A DNA stretch of 64,000 nt. It comes from Candidatus Micrarchaeota archaeon (GTDB lineage: Archaea; Micrarchaeota; Micrarchaeia; Norongarragalinales; SBBD01). The notes below the pieces were generated by a model. The model did not search any database and was not told where the DNA came from. It saw nothing but the letters and a program-made list of their open reading frames with translations. This document shows, piece by piece, positions 18,001 to 28,023 of the stretch (its first letter is position 1; every line of letters starts with the position of its first letter). The position numbers were made by a program, and so were the translations under genes. The stretch spans positions 1 to 64,000 of the forward strand of contig JAHJQN010000007.1 in assembly GCA_018819225.1 (NCBI GenBank), read 5' to 3'.

Positions 18001-19662
18001 ATGGCACAAGAAAGCAGACTCAGTAACCAGCAAATGGTTATCCTACCGGAAGGCGCTCAACGCATCCTCGGCCGAGACGCCCAGCGCACGAACATCGCGG
18101 TCGGATACGCGGTCGCGCAAGCGATCAAGAGCACGTTGGGACCGCGCGGCATGGATAAAATGCTCGTGGACGAGATGGGCGACATCGTGATTACAAACGA
18201 TGGGGCGACCATTCTCGAAGAAATCAACATCGAGCACCCCGCCGGCAAGATGATGGTGGAGATCGCGAAGACGCAGGATGAAGAAGTCGGTGACGGAACC
18301 ACGACCAGCGTCGTCATAGCGGGCGAACTGCTCAAGAAAAGCCTGGAGTTGCTGGATCAGAGCATTCATGCGAACACGATCGCATCCGGCTACAAAAATG
18401 CGGCCGTTAAATCCATCGAGTATTTGCGCGAGCACAGCGAAAACGTGACGATCAAAGACATCGTTGTGCTTGAAAAGATTGCCGCCATCAGCATGGGTTC
18501 CAAAGCCACCGGCATCGGCAACTCGAAAGAACAGCTCGCGAAACTCGTCGTGCAAGCCGTCACGCAAGTCGCGGAAGAACGCGATGGAAAAATGACGGTC
18601 GACAAGGATTACGTCAAGCTGGAGAAAAAGCAAGGCGGAGACGTCACGCAAACGCAAATCATTAACGGCGTGCTCATCGACAAGGAAGTCGTGCACCCCG
18701 GCATGCCCAAGAAATTAGAGAACGCCAAAATCGCTTTATTGGATGCCGCACTCGAAATCGAGAAAACGGAAACCGATGCACGCATCAACATCACGTCCCC
18801 GGATCAAATGACCGCGTTCCTGGAACAAGAAGAGAAGATGTTGAAGGACATGGTGGAAAAAGTAGCGAAGAGCGGCTGCAATGCCTTGTTCTGCCAGAAA
18901 GGCATCGACGATGTCGCGCAGCATTACCTTTCGAAGAAAGGCATTATGGCCGTGCGCCGCGTCAAGAAAAGCGACATGGAGAAACTCGTTCGCGCATCCG
19001 GAGCCCGCATCGTCACCACCCTCGATGACTTAGGCGGAAAAGACCTCGGAAAAGCAGGCGTCATCGAGGAACGCCGCATCGCAGGAGAACAAATGGTGTT
19101 CGTCGAAAAATGCAAGGACCCGAAAAGCGTCACCTTGCTGGTACGCGGAGGCACGCAACACGTCGTGGATGAAGCCGAACGAGCCGTCGTGGATGCCATC
19201 GGATCCGTTTCCTCGGCCATTGAAGAAGGCAAGTACGTGGCCGGCGGAGGCAGCATTGAAATGGAATTAGCCATGCAATTACGCCGGTACGCCGTGGCAG
19301 TAGGCGGACGCGAACAACTCGCGATTCAAGCCTTTGCGGAAGCGTTGGAAGTCATTCCGCGCACGTTATCGGAAAGCTGCGGCATGGACGCCATTGATAC
19401 GCTCGTGGAACTGCGCTCCAAGCACGAAAAAGGCGAGAAGTATCTTGGAGTCGACGTGAACAACGCGAAGCTTGCGAACATGAAGCAAGCCAACGTCATC
19501 GAGCCCATGAAGATCAAAAAGCAGGCCATCCAAAGCGCTTCCGAAGTCACGGAAATGCTGTTGCGCATCGACGACATCATTGCCGGGAAAGGCAAACGCG
19601 GTGGCGGAGGAGGAGGAGGAGCCGGAATGGAGGGCATGCCTCCAGGCATGGGAATGGGTTAA
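18001..19662 (+). CDS. ths: Thermosome (group II chaperonin) subunit
   Basis: [25 protein letters not shown]-rich tail. Confidence 0.97.
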   Translation: MAQESRLSNQQMVILPEGAQRILGRDAQRTNIAVGYAVAQAIKSTLGPRGMDKMLVDEMGDIVITNDGATILEEINIEHPAGKMMVEIAKTQDEEVGDGTTTSVVIAGELLKKSLELLDQSIHANTIASGYKNAAVKSIEYLREHSENVTIKDIVVLEKIAAISMGSKATGIGNSKEQLAKLVVQAVTQVAEERDGKMTVDKDYVKLEKKQGGDVTQTQIINGVLIDKEVVHPGMPKKLENAKIALLDAALEIEKTETDARINITSPDQMTAFLEQEEKMLKDMVEKVAKSGCNALFCQKGIDDVAQHYLSKKGIMAVRRVKKSDMEKLVRASGARIVTTLDDLGGKDLGKAGVIEERRIAGEQMVFVEKCKDPKSVTLLVRGGTQHVVDEAERAVVDAIGSVSSAIEEGKYVAGGGSIEMELAMQLRRYAVAVGGREQLAIQAFAEALEVIPRTLSESCGMDAIDTLVELRSKHEKGEKYLGVDVNNAKLANMKQANVIEPMKIKKQAIQSASEVTEMLLRIDDIIAGKGKRGGGGGGGAGMEGMPPGMGMG

Positions 19663-19744
19663 AAGTAACCCTTTTTTTGCGAAGTCCGGCGCGAGCCAGG
19701 AAAAACGTTTAAATGAATGCCGGTTTATTCTTTTGAGTGAGCCC

Positions 19745-20176
19745 ATGAAAAAAAAGCGCCTGCTCATCGATCCATTCAACGATTCTGCCGAAGATGCCGT
19801 TACGGCCATGGCCCCCATCCGAAAACAGCAGCGCCCCTTGCTTGCAGAACCCGTCATCGACGTATTTGAGCGAGACCACGAGATCGTCGTGACCGCGGAA
19901 CTTCCGGGAACCGAAAAAAAAGACATTGCATTAAAAGTAATGGAAAACGGATTGAAACTCCGCATCGAAAAACGCGCTCGCCGGAAACAAGAGAAATTCG
20001 AGCCGGAAAGTGCGACGTACGCGGAAGAAAATCGGTTCGAAGAACACGCCCAATTCATTCCCTTTTCAGCGAGCGCCATAGCGGAACAAGCGTCAGCCAC
20101 TTACAATAACGGCGTGTTGGAGGTCAGAGTACCGAAGCAAGAACGGAAGAAAGGGCACGAGATCAAAGTGGAATAG
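19745..20176 (+). CDS. Small heat-shock protein Hsp20
   Basis: DVFE...VTAELPG...ATYNNGVLEVRVPK; start trimmed. Confidence 0.88.
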   Translation: MKKKRLLIDPFNDSAEDAVTAMAPIRKQQRPLLAEPVIDVFERDHEIVVTAELPGTEKKDIALKVMENGLKLRIEKRARRKQEKFEPESATYAEENRFEEHAQFIPFSASAIAEQASATYNNGVLEVRVPKQERKKGHEIKVE

Positions 20177-20563
20177 TTGGAAGAAAACGAACTCGCCTTA
20201 CTCTGCATCGGCGTGGCCCTACTCGGCATGGCCGCACTCATTGTTCAAGCACGCAGCCTCGAACCCGGCGAAAAAGGCATTGATACGCTACAGTACGCTG
20301 ATTTGGGTTCACTCGTGGAAGTGTACGGCCGCGTATCTACAGCCAGCACGAAAAACGGGCACTGGTTCCTCACCGTATGCGACCGACAATGCATTCCCGT
20401 ATTCATTCCATCGAGTTTAGCCCAGCGCATCAATCGCTCCGTGAACTTGCATGAAATCAAGTCCGGACATTTTGTGCGCGTGAACGGTCTCTTGAAAGAG
20501 TATAACGGTGCGTTAGAGCTCGTTCCCATGCATGCAAGCAGCTTGGAGGTGTTAAAGCCTTGA
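20177..20563 (+). CDS. Membrane-anchored OB-fold protein
   Basis: N-terminal TM; VEVYGRV, GHWFLTV, VRVNGLLKEYNGALEL. Confidence 0.7.
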   Translation: MEENELALLCIGVALLGMAALIVQARSLEPGEKGIDTLQYADLGSLVEVYGRVSTASTKNGHWFLTVCDRQCIPVFIPSSLAQRINRSVNLHEIKSGHFVRVNGLLKEYNGALELVPMHASSLEVLKP

Positions 20564-21741
20564 AGGAATTGCTGCTCGGACAAGGATTGGGTGCGCTCGG
20601 CCTGCTTCCGTTCGTTCACACGAACCTCTTGCTGCAGTTGACGCGACATTTCATAGGAGAAGGGATACCGTTAGCGGTATTTGCAGTCGCGGTATCGTTT
20701 TCGCACCTCGTGTTCCAGACCGTTCCTTCGCTGTTCTTGTTTCTTCCATCGGAAGCGCACGGAATGAATATCGTCCCTTACCAAGAAATCGCTCGCGCAA
20801 AAAAAACCGCCGTCGCCCTACGAATCATACTCACCACGTTCCTGCTTGCCTTGCTGTTATCCATTGCACTACACCCCCTCATCCAACAACTCCTACCCAT
20901 CGCGTACGAAATGCTTAAACCGCACATGGTTTGGATGCTTCCCCTCCTGATTCTCCTATTTTTCGCGTCGGAAACCAGCATGAAATCGCTTGCGTGCGGA
21001 ATGCTCGTCTTCTTTCTGGCCGGTGCGCTGGGAAACGTCGCGTTCACCGTTCCGGGAATCCGCGAGCCCCTGTTTCCGTTGCTGACCGGACTTTTTGCCT
21101 TGCCCGCCGTACTCATGGAAACCCGAACCCCGCAATCGCAAGCCACTGAAACCCTTCAATTGAAATTGAAAAAGTCGCTCGTCGTAGGAGGCGTGCTGGC
21201 CGGAGCCTTTTCCGTCCTGTTTCCCGCGCTCTCCGTATCCGTCCTGGCGGGAATCCTGCTCTTGTTTCTGGAGAAGAAATCCGGGGAATTCATCGTGCTC
21301 GCGTCCAGCATAGCCTCATCCAAACTGTTCTACGAATTCGTGGCCGCGCTCACCATCGAAAAAGGAAGGAGCCTTGCAGCGGTCTGGATCGTTCCATTAG
21401 CTTCTTTACCGAACACGACGCCACTCGTTCCATTCATCGCACTCGTGGCGCTCACGGCAACTGGTTTCGCTTCAGCCACCGTATTACTCGCGCACGGAAA
21501 ACTGGCCTCGGTTCTGCAACGCATTCCCCGCACCGCGTTTCGAATCATTCTATTAACGGGATTGCTCTGCCTAGCGTATTTATTTGAAGGAACAACGGGC
21601 GTGATGATCTCTGTTTCAGCTGGAGCAGTGGGTGCGCTCCCCATTCTCCTGAACACGCGCCGAAGTCATGCGGCCGGCGCATTGCTCGTGCCGGCAGCCA
21701 TGCATTTTGCCGGGATATCTCTCGACGGGATACTGCTTTAA
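20560..21741 (+). CDS. TctA/DUF112-like membrane protein
   Basis: GLLPFVHTN, VPSLFLFLP, LFPLLTGLFALP. Confidence 0.75.
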   Translation: MKELLLGQGLGALGLLPFVHTNLLLQLTRHFIGEGIPLAVFAVAVSFSHLVFQTVPSLFLFLPSEAHGMNIVPYQEIARAKKTAVALRIILTTFLLALLLSIALHPLIQQLLPIAYEMLKPHMVWMLPLLILLFFASETSMKSLACGMLVFFLAGALGNVAFTVPGIREPLFPLLTGLFALPAVLMETRTPQSQATETLQLKLKKSLVVGGVLAGAFSVLFPALSVSVLAGILLLFLEKKSGEFIVLASSIASSKLFYEFVAALTIEKGRSLAAVWIVPLASLPNTTPLVPFIALVALTATGFASATVLLAHGKLASVLQRIPRTAFRIILLTGLLCLAYLFEGTTGVMISVSAGAVGALPILLNTRRSHAAGALLVPAAMHFAGISLDGILL

Positions 21742-21766
21742 AAGCCAGCCAACGTAAGAGCCAATT

Positions 21767-22213
21767 ATGCGAGGGCAAGTGGCCGTTGAAATGTTTCTAA
21801 CCATGAGCATCGGCCTACTCATTTTGTTCTGGTTCACGAACTACATGAGCACCTTTGAAGAAAGCGTGCGCATGACCGGCGTCGCCCAACAACAAAAATT
21901 GTTAACGAAAGACTTGGCGCGCAGTGTCAACGAGGTATGCGTACGCGATGTCAACCTGAGCATTAAGACGCCTTGCCTGATGTTCAAGGACCACAACATT
22001 TTATACAAAGTATCGAACGCGCTGGCACCCGACGATCAGAATTTGACCACGTATACCTCGTTCAGCGACACCACCATGCACCAAAAAACGTCGTGCATGT
22101 TGGATACGAGCGCACTACCGGAAAGCATTCAATGCGCGGAACTCGCGTACCTTTGCGTCAGCAAGAACCCGGTGAACAGAAAAGTCTACGTCAGCGAGGG
22201 GCGCTGCACATGA
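21767..22213 (+). CDS. Class III signal peptide (pilin-like) protein
   Basis: MRG|QVAVE followed by a hydrophobic helix. Confidence 0.85.
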   Translation: MRGQVAVEMFLTMSIGLLILFWFTNYMSTFEESVRMTGVAQQQKLLTKDLARSVNEVCVRDVNLSIKTPCLMFKDHNILYKVSNALAPDDQNLTTYTSFSDTTMHQKTSCMLDTSALPESIQCAELAYLCVSKNPVNRKVYVSEGRCT

Positions 22214-22548
22214 AAGGGCAAGTGTTCAGCATTGATTTCGTTCTCGCCATAGCCGTCCTCTCATTGAGTTTAGGCATCGCCCTGCAAATGGTGGACTTGT
22301 CGCAGAAAAGCGCGGACTCGTACGCGGAATTGCAGACCAACCAAGCGGAAATGATTGCCATGAACATCACGAATCCCACGAACGGATTCAATAGCGCGAC
22401 GCCGTACTGCAGACGATACTCGAACGGAACAGATGGCTGCCTTATTTTCCAGTGCGTGGAACGCACGTTTGTCGCGCAACGTCTCGTTGAATGCGGGCCT
22501 TCCGGAAGTCAAGGACCGTGTTTGTTAGAGGTAAGGACTTGTGAATAG
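22210..22548 (+). CDS. Class III signal peptide (pilin-like) protein
   Basis: MKG|QVFSID followed by a hydrophobic helix; ATGA overlap; start trimmed. Confidence 0.85.
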   Translation: MKGQVFSIDFVLAIAVLSLSLGIALQMVDLSQKSADSYAELQTNQAEMIAMNITNPTNGFNSATPYCRRYSNGTDGCLIFQCVERTFVAQRLVECGPSGSQGPCLLEVRTCE

Positions 22549-23524
22549 AAACGCATTCGTGTTTACAATGGATGCGCTGTTCGCGCTCTCCGCCATCGTA
22601 CTCTTGAGCGTGTCGTACGCGGCGTTGGCATCCGTAAACTTCGAGAGCCAGAAGTACGGGAACTTGGATCAGGAGGCGCGCGACTACCTTTACTTGGTGC
22701 ATCAGAGAGGGCACTTGTTTACCGATGCGCAATTTGAAGCGCTAACGGGTCACGAGCTCAAAGGCGGCCTCGTCGAAATCGTGCACACGTTCGATAACGA
22801 CTACGACGAAGAAGCGAATTGGTCGGTGCAAGGAACGCAATGGAGTTGGGACAACTCGGACGGCGAAATCTACCGACACGCATCCGGAGGAGCGAACGCG
22901 TACGAACAAGCCAACGCGAGCAACGAAAGCGGGTTTTATTGGGAGGATTATAATGTTTCCGCCCGTTTCAAGTACGACGCTATTGGAACCGATGTCGGGG
23001 GAATCAGCGCGCGCGTCAACGCATCCGGTGCGCGCTATTCATGCATTCTGGATGACATGAACACCGATTTGGAGCTCTGGGAAAGCAACGCGTATAGCCT
23101 ATTGGGACGGTATGCCCAACTGAATTCAACGGAATACGATCCCACTCCCGGATCGTGGTATCGTCTGACGCTAGGCGTTTCCAGCAACTTCATCAACTGC
23201 AGCCTGGACGACGGAGCAAGTACCACGAGCGTCCTGTTTACGGACATCGAGTACCCATTAATGCACGGACAAATCGCGCTGGAAGGAACGGATCAGGCCA
23301 TTCAATACTTCGATAACGTCTCGATTTCCTACGTGCCGGAACCGCACCCGATTCACGAGAACGTGACGTTGGCCATGCGCGGAAGCTTAATGCAATACCC
23401 GAGAATCTGCGGTTGCGATGTGTTGCATAACGATATATGTATGGTCGATAACGACGACCGCTGTCTCTTGTTCCAAGAACAGCTTGCCAAAGAGAATTAC
23501 ACGAAAGAGGCGTGGACATCATGA
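22541..23524 (+). CDS. Class III signal peptide protein with lectin-like beta-sandwich (DUF1080-like)
   Basis: RNA|FVFTMD; WEDYNVSARFK, GSWYRLTL, GQIAL, FDNVSI. Confidence 0.75.
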   Translation: MNRNAFVFTMDALFALSAIVLLSVSYAALASVNFESQKYGNLDQEARDYLYLVHQRGHLFTDAQFEALTGHELKGGLVEIVHTFDNDYDEEANWSVQGTQWSWDNSDGEIYRHASGGANAYEQANASNESGFYWEDYNVSARFKYDAIGTDVGGISARVNASGARYSCILDDMNTDLELWESNAYSLLGRYAQLNSTEYDPTPGSWYRLTLGVSSNFINCSLDDGASTTSVLFTDIEYPLMHGQIALEGTDQAIQYFDNVSISYVPEPHPIHENVTLAMRGSLMQYPRICGCDVLHNDICMVDNDDRCLLFQEQLAKENYTKEAWTS

Positions 23525-24111
23525 GGAAGGCGTTCTTCTCATTTGCCGTGATCGCGCTCGTCAGCATCGCGCTGTTCTTCTTCGCGGGCATGGCGTTCAG
23601 CGCCAAAGACTACCGCGATACGGCGGTATACGGGTTGGAGGCTCGAAAAATCCAACAACGCGTCACGGATGCCGAGAATTTCACGAGCGCCATAATTGAC
23701 GACATGATGGCGGATAGTGCCTACTTCGTATACAGTTGCAATGTGGGACCGGGTTCAACGGGCACGGAATTCTGCACGGAATTCACCTCCCAAGCCAGAC
23801 AGGATTACCTAACGACCATCGCCAACCTTTCAACTGAAGGGATCTATTTCCAGAATCTGAGCACGTTTACCGCAGGATGTGAAACATTGGTAACCGCCCA
23901 CCCATACAATTTCACCTCCCGCGCGTACATCACCATGAATTATTTCGTGAACTCCACGAATGGAAATTATTCCGGACAATTCCATTTCAACAAGCAAGCA
24001 CAAATGAACATGTCGGCGCATCCGCACGACAGCAGCATCAACCGAATCGAAGTTCTGATCAACGACACAAGTTATGGAAAGCCGTTCACGTGGTTCGCGA
24101 ATTGCACATAA
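23521..24111 (+). CDS. Class III signal peptide-like secreted protein with many N-glycosylation sequons
   Basis: MRKA|FFSF plus TM; NFT/NLS/NST/NYS/NMS/NDT/NCT sequons. Confidence 0.75.
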   Translation: MRKAFFSFAVIALVSIALFFFAGMAFSAKDYRDTAVYGLEARKIQQRVTDAENFTSAIIDDMMADSAYFVYSCNVGPGSTGTEFCTEFTSQARQDYLTTIANLSTEGIYFQNLSTFTAGCETLVTAHPYNFTSRAYITMNYFVNSTNGNYSGQFHFNKQAQMNMSAHPHDSSINRIEVLINDTSYGKPFTWFANCT

Positions 24112-24190
24112 GCAGTGAAAACAAAAAAAGAACGGGAAAACCAAGCGTTTTATAATTGCGGGGGCGCTTATTCACAAGAGGCGAGTTGAT

Positions 24191-24772
24191 TTGAGGCACG
24201 CGCTCGTTTTAGCGCTTATTCTCCTGGTTTTATTGGTAGCGTACACGCTCGTTCCCGCACCGATTTCACCGGAACTGGACGCCACGCAAGTGCAAACGTT
24301 CGTGCTCGAAGACGCGATGAAAGCGTTCGGGGACGATGCGAGCTACGCGGTACTCCGCACGGAAAAAGTCAACGACCGATGGGAAGTGGATTTGAAGATC
24401 GGGGTGCGGCCGCACGCCAAGTGTCCGACGCTCATCAAACGCGAGTACACGTTCCCGCCCGTATACTTTCGGGAAGAATTGTGGAACGATCGCTGCGCAG
24501 TCGGCAGCCTCATCTTATACGAAGAGGAAGCGATCATGGCCACCGTGCAACTCTCGAAGGTGCAGACGCTTCCGGAAGACGCGCGAGGCTATGCCACGAA
24601 ATATTCCGCGGGCGAGATCGCGTTGAGGCAGAGCTGCGAGGAATGCAGCGCCTTCGAACAATTCGTCAAGCGATTGGAAGCCAAACCCGTGTGGATCGTG
24701 CAATGGAAGAACGGCGAGACCGGGTTTTTTGTTGCCATCGACGAAAGCGGAGCCATTGTCGCGAACTCGTAA
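24191..24772 (+). CDS. Secreted/membrane-anchored hypothetical protein
   Basis: N-terminal hydrophobic segment; own TTTTATAA promoter. Confidence 0.7.
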   Translation: MRHALVLALILLVLLVAYTLVPAPISPELDATQVQTFVLEDAMKAFGDDASYAVLRTEKVNDRWEVDLKIGVRPHAKCPTLIKREYTFPPVYFREELWNDRCAVGSLILYEEEAIMATVQLSKVQTLPEDARGYATKYSAGEIALRQSCEECSAFEQFVKRLEAKPVWIVQWKNGETGFFVAIDESGAIVANS

Positions 24773-25288
24773 CTAGAGAAGGAAACGGCACTTGTTGCAG
24801 AAATTCGGGGTTTTTCGATCCAGGAATAACAGGTTCCTGGAAAAATTCATGACACAACTCCTGCGAGAACAATGCGATAGGCCTAACGCGTGCCCGACGT
24901 GGTGCGTGCTTTTCTTCAACAGCCGATCCAAAAACAATTCGTCGTTGGCTTCGCCATGAAACGCGGGATCCAAGTAGTGATAAGCGACCAACGCCACCTT
25001 TCCGTTGTTGTCCGCAATACCGAAAACGCGTTTGTAGTTGTGCGCGTAGGCGTCATACGGGAAATAGGCGAGTACGACGGAGTAGGGAGCTTCCGCGAAA
25101 CCGGAACGCATTTGCGCTAACACGTGTTCCGCGTTCCATTGCCCGCGATCGGTATTGAACGCCGCGTAATCCACGGAATACAGTTGGGGCGCCACATCCA
25201 CCTCAAACTGGAACTGATCGGCTAACGGTTTCTTTAATTTCGTGATGGGGCGGAAATGTTTTTCAAGTTCAAGGAGCAGGAGGCGCAT
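24773..25288 (-). CDS. Archaemetzincin-like Zn-binding protein (HExxH changed to HHxxH)
   Basis: RGQWNA, VFGIA, HHVGHALGLSHC..CVMNFS...DRK...FCNKC. Confidence 0.85.
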   Translation of the reverse strand: MRLLLLELEKHFRPITKLKKPLADQFQFEVDVAPQLYSVDYAAFNTDRGQWNAEHVLAQMRSGFAEAPYSVVLAYFPYDAYAHNYKRVFGIADNNGKVALVAYHYLDPAFHGEANDELFLDRLLKKSTHHVGHALGLSHCSRRSCVMNFSRNLLFLDRKTPNFCNKCRFLL

Positions 25289-25333
25289 GGTTACCAGTAA
25301 GTAGGAAGGGCATTAAAAAAGCAATTGGAACGT

Positions 25334-25519
25334 TCAAAGCAACAGCATGAGCAAGCCAATAAACATGAGGAATAATCCCAGTATCACTAAACCCCCTTCC
25401 ACGGCCACGAGAACAAACGCCCATACACTCACGTTCTGGAACGCGGCGAACCAGACGCCGACGACGATGAATAACCCGAGGATGAGTGACGCTATGCCTG
25501 TCTTGCTGACCATGCGCAT
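25334..25519 (-). CDS. Small 2-TM membrane protein
   Basis: GGGAG RBS, hydrophobic 61 aa. Confidence 0.7.
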   Translation of the reverse strand: MRMVSKTGIASLILGLFIVVGVWFAAFQNVSVWAFVLVAVEGGLVILGLFLMFIGLLMLLL

Positions 25520-25530
25520 ACTCCCCTATA

Positions 25531-25830
25531 TTATTCGATGAAATCGTCGAGCAGTTCAACGGCACGGCGGATGCTCATATCGATTTGTTTCTCGCTCTTC
25601 GCCCCGCTGCAGATCACTTTTCCGTTCTTGAAGAGCAGGAGCGTCGTCCCGATTTCCTTCAGGCGCATGATGGCTCCCGGAAACTGTTCGGGTTCGTATT
25701 CCACGTTGTCGACTTCCATGGCAATGTTGAACAAGTCCAGCTCCACGTTCAAATTCGCGGAGGCGACGATGTTTTCGACCTTGAAGGACATATTGATGTT
25801 TTTGTGCGTCTTCTTCTTCTTTTTAGGCAT
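25531..25830 (-). CDS. Single-repeat TATA-binding-protein domain protein (half-TBP)
   Basis: ENIVASANL..ELDL...EYEPEQFPGAIMRL...LLFKNGKVICSGAKS is exactly one TBP repeat, then stop; own promoter and RBS. Confidence 0.85.
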   Translation of the reverse strand: MPKKKKKTHKNINMSFKVENIVASANLNVELDLFNIAMEVDNVEYEPEQFPGAIMRLKEIGTTLLLFKNGKVICSGAKSEKQIDMSIRRAVELLDDFIE

Positions 25831-25889
25831 TCGGCCACCCAAAAGAACCTATTTAAAGGGGTTTTATAAAGGGGTGGGTTGAATCGTGG

Positions 25890-26171
25890 TTAGATCGGGA
25901 ACACAGTCAACAACCAGATGAGTCCGAATACCAAGAGGCCTAGAATAAGATTGCCGAAAGTGTGCCAATGGGACTCGAAGTAGAGAATCACCGCAGAAAT
26001 CAAGATCATGTTGTCAATACCCCACAAATCGACGCCAATTAATGAGCCGACGATGGATCGATTGAACGGGGCGAGCATGAACTCGTAGCTGACGCCAACG
26101 ACCATGTTGAAGACAACTAAGAGAATGAATCCGATGGACACGATTGTGACCTGATCGTCCAAGGTGACCAT
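25890..26171 (-). CDS. Small 3-TM membrane protein
   Basis: MVTLDDQ start coupled (TAATG) to the upstream gene. Confidence 0.65.
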   Translation of the reverse strand: MVTLDDQVTIVSIGFILLVVFNMVVGVSYEFMLAPFNRSIVGSLIGVDLWGIDNMILISAVILYFESHWHTFGNLILGLLVFGLIWLLTVFPI

Positions 26172-26443
26172 TAGGCAGCACCCGAGATGATGGCTAGACC
26201 AAGAATGGCTGCAGCAACGAACTGCCAAATCGAGGCCGGAAACCAGTTGATGAACCACAATATTCCTAGGCCAAAAATGAGCGCATAGACCAAAAAGGCC
26301 CTAGGATGGGCAAAGAAATCAATAACGGCGCTGGCAGGGGCCTCTCCGGAAGTATACCCTTGCACCGTAATTAAAATGAATGTGACGAACGTGACGAGGA
26401 TGATGGCATCGCTCGGGTTCGACAAATCCAATGGAGTAACCAT
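26171..26443 (-). CDS. Small 3-TM membrane protein
   Basis: AGGTG RBS, TTTAAATA promoter, hydrophobic. Confidence 0.7.
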   Translation of the reverse strand: MVTPLDLSNPSDAIILVTFVTFILITVQGYTSGEAPASAVIDFFAHPRAFLVYALIFGLGILWFINWFPASIWQFVAAAILGLAIISGAA

Positions 26444-26685
26444 TTAATGCACCTATAGCACTACTATTCAGTAGTAACAACTATTTAAAGGTTCTGATGC
26501 GCAAAGCTTGTTTATAAAGAATTAGAAGTAGCGGATAGTGTCGAAAGAGGCAAAAGAAAGGTTTTTAATGATCGGGGGGACTTAAAAGGCAAGGAAGAGC
26601 GGGGACGCGGTCAACCAGTGGGAATGCGGATTCGAATGCGAAGAAGCCGTTGATACGACACGCCTTCATTCTATGGTGTTACTTC

Positions 26686-26961
26686 ATGAAGCGAAGTCAC
26701 GGACAATACGTTGGAAGAAGCCGGAAACTGAAGAGCAAGGGAAGGGTATCGGTTACGCGCCAGCTCGCAGAGTTTAATGCCGGCGAAACCGCACGCATCT
26801 CCGTGAACCCCTCGTTCCCACGAGGCCGCGTGCACTTGCGGTTCAACCACAAAATCGTGCGCGTCATGGGAAAACAAGGCGCGTGCAGCCGAATCGAATT
26901 CCGAGACGGAAACAAGCGCAAGGAACTCGTCATCGGAAATATTCACTTAGAGCGGGTGTAA
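26686..26961 (+). CDS. rpl21e: 50S ribosomal protein L21e
   Basis: MKRSHG...SRKL, INPS..RGRVHLRF, KELVIGNIHL; precedes rpo4. Confidence 0.9.
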   Translation: MKRSHGQYVGRSRKLKSKGRVSVTRQLAEFNAGETARISVNPSFPRGRVHLRFNHKIVRVMGKQGACSRIEFRDGNKRKELVIGNIHLERV

Positions 26962-26967
26962 TCCCTC

Positions 26968-27297
26968 ATGGAACAACTGAACGAAAAATACATTACGCTA
27001 TCCGAAGCCAAGGATTTGTTAGAAAAACGCAAGAAGGATTCCGAGCTCAGCTACGAGCAACAAAACGCCTTGGATTACCTTGAAAAATTCGCGAAGCTTT
27101 CGAAAACGGAATCCGAGAAGATGAAGAAAGAACTCGAAGGCCTAGGGATTCTAACCGACAAGCAAATCGTATACTTGATCAACATCGTGCCGCAGAAAGA
27201 AGACACGGTGAAGGCCATCCTCAGCCAGGAAAAACTGGAGCTGAACGGAGAGCAAGTCAAAACCGTTCTGAAAGTCTGCAAGAAATACGTGAAATAA
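26968..27297 (+). CDS. rpo4: RNA polymerase subunit F (Rpo4)
   Basis: ITLSEAKDLL...ELSYEQQNALDYLEKF; conserved L21e-rpoF-DUF655 order. Confidence 0.9.
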   Translation: MEQLNEKYITLSEAKDLLEKRKKDSELSYEQQNALDYLEKFAKLSKTESEKMKKELEGLGILTDKQIVYLINIVPQKEDTVKAILSQEKLELNGEQVKTVLKVCKKYVK

Positions 27298-27305
27298 GAG
27301 GACGA

Positions 27306-27953
27306 GTGCCCATGTTCCGGAAGGAAGAAAATGCGTTCGTACTCGACTTCCTGCGCTCGGGAAAGAGCGGGGAAGCACGGCAAGAGCCAACGGCTCAAGT
27401 CTTAGGCGACCAATACTTTACGCTGCTGGAGCTCATTACCAAGCAGGGCATTGAACTCAAACCCAAAGAAAAAGTGTACATCGGGAAAGGCGTTCGCGAC
27501 AAAATCGAGCGCATCAAGTGCCGCATCATGTACGACCAGCTCACGAATGCCGCACAACAGGAGGTCGAGGAAATCATTCGCGACATTTTAACGACGCGCG
27601 AAACCGATTTCGTCAACTTCTTGAATAAAGCGGGGCCCATCAACATCCGCATTCACTCACTGGAACTGCTTCCGAACGTCGGTAAAAAGAATCTGGAGTC
27701 CCTCCTCGCGGAACGGGAGAAAGCCCTGTTCGAAAGCTTCGAAAATATTCGCCAGCGCGTCGCTCATCTCACGAACATCGAAGACATTCTGCTGCAACGC
27801 ATCATCCACGAACTGAAAGGCCAAGAAAAGTACTACTTGTTCGTGAAGATTCCTCCGAAACTGGAGGAGGATGGCGAGCAGCGACCGAGAAGGCACTCGC
27901 CCGGCCCTCGCTTCGAGCGTTACGGCGGATCCCGGCTCGGACCCCGGTTCTAA
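27306..27953 (+). CDS. DUF655 family nucleic-acid-binding protein
   Basis: VLDFL, GDQYFTLLEL, HSLELLPNVGKK, FESFENI, KYYLFV. Confidence 0.88.
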   Translation: MPMFRKEENAFVLDFLRSGKSGEARQEPTAQVLGDQYFTLLELITKQGIELKPKEKVYIGKGVRDKIERIKCRIMYDQLTNAAQQEVEEIIRDILTTRETDFVNFLNKAGPINIRIHSLELLPNVGKKNLESLLAEREKALFESFENIRQRVAHLTNIEDILLQRIIHELKGQEKYYLFVKIPPKLEEDGEQRPRRHSPGPRFERYGGSRLGPRF

Positions 27954-28023
27954 ATTCGGTACAAACCGCACCTTTAAATTTCCAGCAGCGGTAGCCATAT
28001 CAAAATCACTTCCACGATGCCAC

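Noticed and set aside
25334-25890. Frameshifted full-length TBP
   Set aside because: Flanks hold a promoter and a separate membrane gene; no second repeat visible in the ORF track or flanking sequence
26560-26685. sRNA or leader upstream of rpl21e
   Set aside because: Only short TCAAC/GTTGA pairing; no clear C/D boxes
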